64,000 nucleotides of DNA. It comes from Fimbriosthenelais zetlandica (taxonomy: Eukaryota). This document shows positions 42,564-54,300 of the stretch, one piece after another. The stretch is taken from NCBI GenBank assembly GCA_977030845.1, contig OZ365112.1:17112001-17176000 (forward strand), given 5' to 3'. The position numbers and the translations under genes were made by a program. The notes beneath the pieces were generated by a model. The model ran no database searches, was not told the origin of the DNA, and saw nothing but the letters and a program-made list of their open reading frames with translations. Positions within the stretch are counted from its first letter, which is position 1, and each line of letters begins with the position of its first letter.

Positions 42564-44665
42564 AAAGTAAATTGCCAAAAAAATGCAATACTTGAATTGC
42601 CGCAATTCATTACTCAATTGGAAACAGAATGCACCCTATATTGCTTCCATCTCAAACACCGGGCTATTCCACCATTAGGAATATCTCCAATTGCCCTGTC
42701 TCGTCTCGTTAATCTGAAACCGATTGAGATGATTGACCAGTTGTAAAATCCCCCACCACCTTGTCTCAATATTCAATCTGGGCTATATAAACTGCTAAGC
42801 TGGAGGCTGTACTTAAGAAATAACAAGCTTCCATTGTTAGTAGCCACCAGTACTGGTATGTCAGGTGATCGATCGATTCCTTTTACAATCTGCATCAGTT
42901 TCACTTACCAAGCTTTGGTTACTAATGGCTTGCCTAGCGCTGGATTGTGGCAAGGATACCTTGTTCAATTAACATCACTATAGTGGCTGACAGCTTGTAA
43001 GTCGTAAACTTAAAAAATGAAAAGGGTATAAATCATAGAAAAAATCTAGCTCCAAATTCCATCTGATAAGTATAGATTGTCTGAAAGAATGATATTTCTT
43101 TATAATTAACATTTTGGGGAATGTCATCTTGATACCCTCACTCCTCACGCTTGTAAGCGCTTGTAAGTACTATAATCTATCTCTTTCAAACTATTGGGGG
43201 ACTATGTAAAGTGATATCGCTATTGTCAACTATGGTATTGTTGCTGATCATTATTCAAATCAGTCAATTAGATTCACCGAAAAACGTCGATGAAACAGGG
43301 TGCAACATTTCTAGATTAAGTGTGGTATATAAAATGTAATGAAGGGAAAAGTAAAAATGAAAATTTATGGTGCCCTGTAAAAATCTCATTGACAATATTA
43401 AGTAGTATCTTGCCAGTATGTTATACAACAGGTCATATACTACTGAGTGAATTAGATCTCTGGTCAATAAAACGTACACCAACCTCTAATGATCTCCTAA
43501 TCGAGCTACAATAAAAGTGCCCATGCATCTGGAATGGGAACACCCACGAACACCAGGAAGAATTCAACATTCCCTTTCACACGGCCACTAAAAATGACCA
43601 ATCCCGCATCTGACATGCAACAACTTCCAGTAACGCCAAACAAATTTAGATTCCGCGTCTCCACCTTTGTTGCTAAATTACTTACTAGAGAAACTAGATT
43701 ATTTTTACGCTTCATAAAATGTTTTAAGTAAGTTCAAATGTGTGGAATTTGGTACGCATTCCACACAAGCAATATCAGAATATCCGAAGGATTTTCTACA
43801 GCTCACTTTGGTTTAAATCTTTCTTGCTCTCTTCTATCTGTGTGGTCTCATTCACTGATTCTGCCATGATTTAAGGAGTAGATCAAAAAGATACCAAGAG
43901 ATCCAGATGAGGTGTTTTACATAATTCACCCTTTAACCTCTGACATCCTTGACCAAATCTCAGGATTTGATAGGCTCTAAACTCAAAATGGAAATGGAAA
44001 CATATTTCAAGTTTAAGTGTGCTTATAGCATAATTTCCCATTTCATTAAAATCAATTACCAAGATTCAATTACCAGGGGCTTTCACAAAGCCTCACACTC
44101 ACCCCCCTGGCTGATCAGGTCGGTGGGAGGAGAGCTCTCTATTCTTGGCTAGATTTATATGACAGTCGATGGCCCGCGCTCCTTTTGAAGTGTTTCTACC
44201 TAATACAGGTAGGAATACCATTGCTGGGTTATACAAAGGTTCTACTTGTATATCTCTGCTAATCACCTTAGAGTTCAAAGCTCCCCCGACTCTGAAAGCC
44301 TCTCACTTATTTAAGTCTCATGCAAGGGAGACACCCTCGATTGGATCTTTTTAATTAAATGTCAAACGCTCTCTTAGTCCGGCGATGAAAACGAACCTGA
44401 TCAAGGAACAGAATCATCGCGATAGGATTTCTTAAGATGCGCCATTTCACTTTCACTCTGAGGTCTTTTTGGATGGTTTGATGACCGTATCAGTTATTGG
44501 TAACGTTAGTGACTGGATTATAATTCCTGTAAATATTTAGACATATTTTCACACAGAGGAAATTATTTTCCCTTCGTCATTGCGGATTTACAGCAATTCC
44601 CACCATTTGACCTAGAGATATTAACTGATATAGTAAGAAGATCCAACAACAATTCCAGTTCTCGA

Positions 44666-44680
44666 GGGGGGGGGGGGGGG
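44666..44680 (+). repeat. G15 homopolymer
   Basis: Seen directly. Confidence 0.9.
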
Positions 44681-44806
44681 TGCGGTTCTATTCAGTATGG
44701 CGTGATTCACATTCACCGACCCATTGACAAGGACTAGTGAATGAATTAAATCAAAGAATTTCAAGAAATGTCTTCTGCATCGAGACAAACAACTAGGGAA
44801 CGCCGC

Positions 44807-44875
44807 TGGCGCCACCTGTCGGATGACGATGGTCTCGGAAGACAGATGCTCGTTTGGACGCGCACGAGATGGCAT
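44807..44875. promoter_or_regulatory. Divergent pair of CTCF-like motifs
   Basis: CGCCACCTGTCGG (44809-44821, reverse) and GCACGAGATGGCA (44862-44874, forward). Each matches about 11/13 positions of CCASYAGRKGGCR. Confidence 0.35.
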
Positions 44876-45674
44876 CTGTTTGTAGGAGGCAAGGCCCAGG
44901 GGTAAAGTTAGTTTAGAACCGCTAAGTAGGTGTCAGGGTGGAAATCAGCCGAGTGAGAAATGGCCCTCCGCAGCAAGAGTAAAAAGGACTCGGTGGGAGA
45001 GGAGAGAGGGCGATTAGTGAGAGGGAGGGGGATAGGTGGAGACATGAGCTGAACAGGTAACAAAAGATCACCTGTGGAAAACGGCTTTTCCATTTCAACA
45101 GCAAGTTAGCCGCAAGGAAAGGCCTATAATTCCATGTGTGGTAATGATAGAAAACAATCGTTTGCGAATTTCATTAATTCGAATATTCGCATAATTCTTT
45201 ATTCCTTTCAAGCCACTGTATAATTTTATATTCATCTGGAAAAAGCTTCGATCGGCTTATAGCAACTATATATAGTCTACAAATGTATAAGTTTTATGAG
45301 TCCTACATATAAATAAATAGAAGATAAGATGCATACAAGGTGCATACAAACTGACAAAAAGATCACAGGAAATGGATAATTGACTATGTATCAAACCTTA
45401 ATCTTAATAAACCTCCACTGGGGGGTATGACCAGTGATAATAAAACCATGTGCAAAGTCAAATCATATAAAATCTGAAACAAAAAGACTTATGGATATCT
45501 TAGCCTATGACTTAATATTACCAACAACTTAATAATCTTAATAACTAGAAGAACTTGATAGCAAGACCTACTTACAAGTCACATATTATAGCTGAAAAAT
45601 AAGATGAAATATTGACGATATTGTTCATCTCAGGTATAATATTATGCAGCTGGGAATAACTTCATCGATTTTAA

Positions 45675-45680
45675 TTTATT
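45675..45680 (-). terminator. Candidate polyadenylation signal for the module-2 isoform
   Basis: AATAAA on the minus strand about 180 nt after the module-2 stop; another copy lies at 45198-45203. Confidence 0.45.
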
Positions 45681-45856
45681 TACACAATTTCTATATCACG
45701 TTTAAGTAATTCTAGTTGAAAGTTTCACATCTCCATTTAATTATCGAATATTTTAGTTCATGTTTTTCAGAGCCATAGAAGACAACATCATTCAATGTCC
45801 ACAGCCCATACCTATTAAGGTATGTAGATCTCAGTGTCGACTGTCGGCCTAATGTG

Positions 45857-48384
45857 CTAGAAGTTTTCGAAGTGATGAAGGAAGGAAGCCTTTGTTTTTC
45901 CACTGGAGGAGTGACAAGCTTTCTCTACGCCCTTTGTCAGCCCAGGAGGCCCACAACTGAACACACCCACCTTCCGTACCTGAAAAGACAAATTATCAGA
46001 AAATATTTCAACAATCTGGAACTGCAACAGGAAGCAAGTTGCTTCGGTCTCTGTTGAATGAGAGACCAAATCAAAGAGACTCAGAGTGAGTTACCTTCGG
46101 GTGTTTTCGATGCACTTCCACCAGGATGTCCTCAAAGTTCGGCCTGCCGAAGTGAGTGTGAGCCTTGAGGCCAGTGAAGATAGACTTGCTGGCCAGACGC
46201 TGGAAATGCTCCTCACAAATGTACTGTAAACAAATAAATGAGTCTAATTAATCTGTTGTCCACAGACTTGGCATTTCATAATATTTTTTTCCACTAATTT
46301 CAATGACAGAATTGCCCCAACAAACATCTGGATAAGACAGGGCAAGCAATACCCGTGTCCAATGTCTAGAACGTGAATAGTTTACCAGCATAGTTGTGCG
46401 GAGATCAAACTTCTGGAAGAACTGAGTAATAAAGATATGGTTCTCCACAAGTTCTGACTGGTCCACTGCCTCCACTTGACGGAGAATATCAATGAACCAC
46501 TCGTACTGCCGCTGACTTGCTGTCACCCACACAAAATAAACCTGAAAGTTTCAAAGAGCATTCTTAATAATGAATCGTTTTTATTCTTTTAGCTCAGCGA
46601 TGACTTCAAATTTCGACTCTCAGCACACTAACCTTTCTGCATTTCATCCTAAAAGTATTCTTCACTGAGGCCATAAAGACGAAGTCTTTGAGAATGGAGG
46701 CATAAGGAGTCACCCCAATGCCACCCCCAACCAACACTGACACGTCATACCGGTACCAGTCTTGCTGGCCAGCCCCATAAGGACCATCCAAGTACAACTG
46801 AAATTGAACAAATAGCTGTAACCTGGGGACTAGTAACGCTTACAGACAAGAATTCAGACGTAGACAAGGTAAAAATAAAGACATTTGAAGAGCTGTAAAT
46901 TAGACTTACAGTTGGCATTGGCTGGTTCTTGAGGTTGTCAGCTCTGAGTAAGTTTCTGAAGGCCGATGTCCAAGGACCAGCTGTTCTGATGTGCATGCAT
47001 AAAGTGTCCTCATGAGGAGCGGATGTGAGGGTAAATGGGTGGTACTCATTCTTACCCAACTCTACACAGGCCACACGGATCCACTGACCAGACTTGTACT
47101 CAAAGTTCTGGGGCCGTTTGAAGACCACTCGAGCCACCTCTGAAAAGATCACAAAAAAGAGGATTTACAGAAATGAAACAAATGTTTATATTTCGTCTGA
47201 GTTATACATATATACACTGGAATAACATTACCTGACGGAAGTAATTCAGCGTCCTGTATCTGTATCTCTTTCTTCTTACGACTCAGAGAGATTGTTTTGT
47301 CAAGGGTGAAAATTATAGCAGGACCAATGAAATAATACCAGAACATAGGGCTTTGAATCACTCTGAAAGAAGAGGAGATTGATTTGTGTCTTTTCTTTCG
47401 AACATGAACATGGAGACTTAAGAGTTAAACATTATTTATTGTATTATTTAAAAAAAAATGTTTTTAAAAATTAAGTGTTCCACTAATGTCTTAAAAGAAC
47501 AATGTTATTTCATACAGAGATTAACAAGAAAATATTCCGAAATTCAAGTGAGCTAGGATGTTAATTAAGTGATTGTTACCTTGAAGCACCATGGAGAAGG
47601 ATGAGTATATACAGAACATAGAAGAGTTTATGCGTGATCCAAAATGCATTAAATATATGGGACCTTGATGTCTGGGTAGCGAATGTGTACATGATACAAA
47701 TGACAAGCACCAACAGGTATCCTGTTATGCCTATATGATGGGGAAAATAGAGCAACGTTTTATGACAGAGAAAGGAAGAAAGTCAATTTTAAAAGCATTC
47801 CTTGTGCTCATGTGTAATAAGCCTTATTTGGTGAATAATAAGTAACTTTTAATTCAACAGTTAATATCAGCATTAATATTTGATGTCACTTAATTGTTAC
47901 AATAGTCAGGAGCTTAAATACCTGTAAGATTCATGAAGAGCCAGAAGCTGAAAGTTGGAAGCATGTCCGACCTGGAATTATCAATCACAAAACACAGTTA
48001 TGAACCACTGGGAGAATATTTCCACAATAAGATAACGCATAACTTGATGAACATCAACATACCTGAAATGTATTTCGTTGAAGACACATAAGAACTGGAC
48101 TGGTTGGGTCGCGATATGGTAGAAGTTGAAGCAATATCCTAGTACATGGATGCCAGAGAAAAACAGAGCCACCCAAGCAACCATCTTATGGAAGGATATA
48201 GCAGAATCAAACGGTATGTAGAGGTTGATAACCGTTTCCCTGAGAACGGTGATAAGATTGCGGCACATGGTGAGCAAGAGGAGTGAGAAACAGAGAGAGA
48301 TTGAAGCTGCAGCTCCTCTTGTCAGAGACACGCCATAACCGGCAATACTCCTGAATCCTTTGTGTTCCAAATCCACAGCATACG
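45857..48384 (-). CDS. Duox: Duox NADPH-oxidase module 2 (distal 3' cassette, 9 exons, 485 aa)
   Basis: Exons 48063-48384, 47922-47971, 47580-47730, 47232-47362, 46910-47139, 46633-46797, 46386-46541, 46095-46223, 45857-45979 (TAG). Exon lengths and phases match module 1; no stops or frameshifts. Confidence 0.92.
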
Positions 48385-51300
48385 CTAAAACGAAAAGAAT
48401 TTAAACATTTTAATTAGCAAGATTGGATCCCAGTATTATTGAATCTGGAAAAAATCTGACATATAAGAGTAATAAAGCGTTTAAAGGTTAAAAAAGAAGC
48501 AGGAGTCTTGGTTATTGTACAGTTTTATTCGCACACTTGGATTTTACATGATATATAAACCATTTGAAAACTTAAATTGGGACTTCTACAATGATATTAT
48601 AAAAAATAAATCCAGTTTTCATAATATAGCATACAAGCAAGTTAAGATGAAATGACAATTCTCATAGTTCTCGATTATTACAAGATTACCAAAAGATAGT
48701 TTAAACGGAGTTCATATGTAAGTTAGAAATGTGACAAACACAGTCATTGCTGCTCGTAAGCACAACATATCCGCATAACATCAAAATTCTAAAGATCTCC
48801 TTTGGATTTCTGATTGGAATTCACCAGACACACACGTATTAGAAAGATATATAGGTTTCTGATTATATAGCCATACAATTCTACCATGATGCCATGCAAT
48901 ACTCAGTATATATGTAAAAGTGCCAAATATTCTAAATAAGAAAAAAGCAAAATAATTATTATGCATTTTACATTCAACACGGAAGTTATCAAAATAAAAA
49001 TCATTCAGAACCACACTGGTATTGAGTGGATATCAAGGGAACTACATGCTTTGCATACATGTATGTAGCTCCACAATCTGCCAAAATAGCACCAAATCTA
49101 GGAATTCTGTTTAAAATAATAAAGGAGCAAGCATATACAATGTAGTGGCAGTGTCATGCAGGATGTCAAGCAAATATTCTAGTTTCGTAGCAATGCACTG
49201 TTACTAATAAAGCCAATTATTTACCTCCAATGGGGTCACATCTTACCGGTTAAAAATGTTCTCATAGAACATTAATAAAGTTTAAACCAAATAACATTAT
49301 ATCCCCCCGTTTTAACTCTGAAAATTATTTTTGTTGTTGCATAAACAAGTTCATTAATTTTTTTCAGAAATTCTCAAAATGGTGGATGAATGAGGCCTTT
49401 GTTTTACGTCCTGCATTTGTGCAGGCTTTCTCCACACCTTTGGTCAGTCCAGGAGGGCCACAGCTGAACACACCCATCTTCCGAACCTTGAGAAGCAATG
49501 AAATATATTCATGTATCAAAATTCAATATGATGAGTATTATCATTTTAGTCTTTAATAGCAGGTCTAATGCTAACCTTTGGGTGTTTACGTGAAACTTCC
49601 ACCAAAATCTCATCAAAATTTGGTCGTCCAAAATGAGTTTTAGCCTGGAGGCCAGTGAAGATGGATTTATTTGCGACACGTTGGAAGTGTTCCTCACAAA
49701 TGTACTAGAAAAATAACATGTTCTCATGATCAGGAAGGAATATAAGGTCATATAAATCCAAACATAATATATCTAATAATATATTTAATGGTCAAATTAT
49801 TAACATTTGTCAATGGAGGTAGTCATGAGAGAAGCTAGTCCATACCAGCATAGTGGTTCGCAAGTCAAACTTCTGGAAGAACTGGGTGATGAAGATGTGT
49901 GCCTCTACCAGACCAGCATCATCTGCTGCTTCCATCTGGTGGAGAATGTCAATGAACCACTCGTACTGCCTCTGACTCCCAGTCACCCAGATGAAATACA
50001 CCTAGTATCAAATTAAGAAAATCATTATTTTGGTATCGTTTTCATTTAGAGAACTAACAGGAATGAGATTACTCCTCCATCACCCCAATAAAACTCTATA
50101 AGAAGCCGAACTCACTTTTCTGTTCTTGATCCTAAATGTATTCTTGACAGAGGACATGAACAGTAAGTTCTTGAGAATGGAGGCATAAGGTGTCACCCCA
50201 ATGCCACCCCCAACCAACACTGACACGTCATATCGGTACCAGTCCTGCTGACCAGCCCCATAAGGACCATCCAAGTACAACTGCCAAGAACAATAATTCA
50301 AATGTTGATTAAATGGTATATACATTTCCGTTTAAGCCAAATCTTTTGGAAAGTATGTCCTATTGGGAATGTAACTTACTGTTGGAAGTGGTTTACTTTT
50401 TCGCTCCTCACGGCTAACCAGCTGTCTGAAGGCTGAAGTCCAAGGACCCGCTGATCTTATATGGACACATAAAGTGTCCTCGTGAGGAGCGGATGTGAGG
50501 GTAAATGGGTGGTACTCATTCTTACCCAACTCTACACAGGCCAGTCTGATCCACTGACCAGACTTGTACTCAAAGTTGGCTGGTCGTCTGAACTCAACCT
50601 TGGTCACATCTGATAAGAGAAAATAGAATAAACGTTATTTATATTGCCTTAATGTGAATAGGGAGAAAACCAAACTCAGAAATGCCACCTAGTGTTCCTC
50701 ATCAGCATATGTCTATATCTGAATTTCTCATGCTCATAAATCTGGCTGGGAAACACAATGTATATTTATAACTACTCACTTGAGGGCAAAAGTTCCACTT
50801 GCTCTATCAGGATTTCTCTTTTCTTCCGACTTAACGATATCGTCTTGTCAATGGTAAAGAGTATTGCCGGACCAATGAAATAATTCCAGAACATTGGGTT
50901 TTGCAATAATCTAAAGGATGAAAAGAAATTATACGGTTAGCACAATTGTCGGCAGTCATTCTTCAATTTAGGGGAAAATGTCATTTGATCTAGTTACTGT
51001 ATGACTGCGGTATATTACCTTGAGGCCCCATGAAGCAAGACCAGGATGTAAAACACATAAAATAGTTTATGGGTGATCCAAAATGCATTGAATATATAGG
51101 CTCGGGCGGTCTGGGTGGCAAATATGTAGACGATGCAGAGAACCAAGACTGTTAGGTAGCCAGTTGAACCTAAACGAAAACAAAAAATGTCTGTCAAAAC
51201 CTGTCAGTGAGCATCTATCAAGCCAAAGAAAATCTGTTTTCTGTTTCTGCAGCGAAATCAATAACGCATTTAATGATTTAACAATATATGTCATGAACTA

Positions 51301-54300
51301 GTCTACTACTAAATATAACAATCCAGTTTTCTAATCAATTGTTTGTAGGTGCGGGTTAAGATGTTGCAAACTGGTAATTTTGCAAATATACTGTAGTTAC
51401 CAAAATTATGTTAAAGCAGTTTGAGGTTTAGCAGTTAGCTTTGACAGTGAATTATATTGTCAACTTTGACAGTCCCACATAATCATGCATGACTCACCAG
51501 TCAGTGTCATGAAAAACCAGAAACTGAAGGTGGGCAGCATATCTGACCTTTAGTAAAAGTGAAAAAACTATAATAAGGCAACAAAGTTTGGTTCAATGCA
51601 TTGTAATACAAATTCTCTAAAGCTCATGGGCAGGCCTTAAGAGTACTATAGGGGCTGATGATGTGATCTTTAAAAGTTAAAAATTAAATACTATATAAAT
51701 TAATCTTTATGACTTATCTCCAATTTAGAATATTATGACCTACTACTTACCTCAAGTAAACTTCATCAAAGACGCAGAGGAACTGAACAGGCTGTGTCGC
51801 AATGTGATAGAAGTTGAAGCAGTATCCAATGACGTGAGTGACTACAAAAAACAGTCCTGTCCACGCCACCATCTTATGGAAAGACACCGCCGAATCGAAT
51901 GGCACATAGAGGTTGAGGACAGTTTCTCTGAGGAAGGTGATGACATTACGGCACATGGTGAGAAGGAGGACGGAGTAACAGAGAGAGATGGCTGCTGACG
52001 CTCCCCTCGTCAGAGACACACCGTATCCTGTAATACTTCTGAATCCTTTGTGTTCTAAATCCACAGCGTAAGCTAGATCAGAAGACAGTCAGTTAGCTTT
52101 GTAATAGGACAGTTATAGCGTAAAGAGGTCAGGAGCACGCAGTCGATTTGCTCCTTGTGAAAAGCCTTCATGCATTTGCCATGCCTATCAGTCAGTTCAA
52201 GCATCCATGAATCAAATCTGCTCTCCTTTCTTTCAGTTTCTCCTTCACTTTCACGTATTAATCACCTAAGATGTGCTGTTCCAGTTTGTCTGTGCTGCCT
52301 TTATAAAATCATAGGAAAAGCCGAACTAATACTTGCAGGCTGCCTAGTTCTAGGCGATGTCTTCGAAAAAGAAAAGAAATGGAAATTCTGCCCAGTTCGT
52401 CCTTGGACAGATTCGCGGATTCGTCGAAAAAAGGTGCATCTTCTAAAGAATAATTCCAAATGGGAAGAAAATAAAGAAACGAAACACAAATTTTAAGAGG
52501 TTAAAACACTAAAACGTGTAGCAATGTAAGTTGGGTCTTAACATATCAACTTAGATACCTTAAAGCGTGTACTCACTGTAAAACCTTTCAGTGAAGACCA
52601 GACCACAGGCGAAGAAGAAGATGAAGGAGTAGACAAGGTGTTGTCGATGGTTCTCCATGTAGTGTCTCAGGTCCTTGATGACGGCGCCCAGACGACTATA
52701 AACTTCAGGTTTGACATCTAACGTCATGCTCTTCAGAATGGGGCCATCAGTGACAGACTTCCTACTTCTTCGCCGGAGGGAACTACATAGCCAGAAAGGA
52801 AACATTGATCATCCATTCATACTGCTAAATAAAACTTCAGCTTCATTTAATTGGATTAGCATCTCGCAGAATCTCGTACACTGACCTGTTCACTTCTGAC
52901 TTGGAACTGGAGGTGGAGTTTTCAGGTGACAGTGGGCGGCGGTCACTTGCACCCCTGTCAGATACTGACCACCTCTTGGATGATTTCACAGAGAAAGAAC
53001 TTGCTCCTGAAAACAAAATTAACACATTGCCTTAATAAGATCATCACATTCATTTAGCTACAAAAGTTGTAAAACCTTCAATGTAGAAAAGACCTTTTAC
53101 CTTTCAGATCAAGGGAGACCTTCTGCAGAAGTTCACTGTGTTCACTGAAGGCCTTTTTAAAGTCCTCAAATCTCATTTCATTAGCTGCCTGGAGGCCTGC
53201 TATGCTGTAGATGCGGTCAATCAGCTTGGCCATTTCCTCACGAGAAGGTGCTGTTCCTGCCATTTCTAGCATGGACCTGGAAATTGATTAGATTAAAGGT
53301 ATTACTGCTTTCTAAAGCGTTGCTTTCTGAGTATAAATCTTCAAAAAAACAATTTACACATTCATTGTCATGTAGGACTTCTTTCCTCCCCATGAATTAC
53401 CTCAACATTTTTGCAATTTCTCCTCGGTCAAGTGTGCCGTTTTTGTCTGTGTCATACATTGAAAACAGAAGGTAGAGTTTATCTTCACCCGAACCTGAAA
53501 ATAAAAGAAATATTTCCATAATTCTTTTTCGAATAAGCAATTCATTGCATTAATCAATTACAAACAGCTGTTCTTCACATTTCCTAACAAGTATATGGGG
53601 CTTACCTTTAGAAAAAACAACCAGAGCATATATCATATCCCTGAAGGAGATGTAACCTTTCTGTTCTCTGTCAATAACTGAGAACATCTGATTCACGAAG
53701 ACAGAGTCAGGAGCCAAAGCCAGGGCTTCTGCAAACTCCTCCTGTGGACGATAGATATATGACACATCAACTTATTGATCAGATGAGACAATATTGTTTG
53801 ATTTCAAATATACATGTAATATGTTGCTGTCATACATGAGGAAACTTAAGCTTACCCGAGACAGCTCACATTCTTGGATATCTCGACACTGTTGCTCCCC
53901 AATGTCGTCCATAGGTCCTATCTCTCGAATGTTATAAGCCTAAATGTTACAAAGGCAGGAATAAAGACCAGGCTTATCATTCTTAATTGAAGGATAAGTA
54001 TTTATTTGATTAGGATTATTAATAAATTATCTTATTGCACATGACTTTACCTAAGACATCTCCTTCAGAAAGGCATAAAATGATTCATACGAGTATGTAT
54101 TTGTAATCAACAAGTGTGGTTTTAGTTTCAACTGTACCGGTTCCAGATATATCTGGATTCCAAATACGATGAATTTGGTTAAAGCAATCCAGGTCTCTAA
54201 TCTCTAGATTAAAGCTAATAAAAGGGAGGAGGGAATCCCAGCTAGGATGACCCGATGAAAAGCAAAACTTAGGAGTGCATGCATGTCACTGTGAATGGTT

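Noticed and set aside
45857-48384. Module 2 as a haplotype or assembly duplicate, or a pseudogene
   Set aside because: All introns differ in length and sequence, silent sites are heavily diverged, and all nine exons keep frame, splice sites and catalytic motifs.
48385-49363. Module 2 as an independent NOX gene with its own first exon (for example ORF 48781-49014)
   Set aside because: There is no similarity to the shared first-TM exon and no convincing start or promoter; the module begins at a phase-1 acceptor matching the shared donor.
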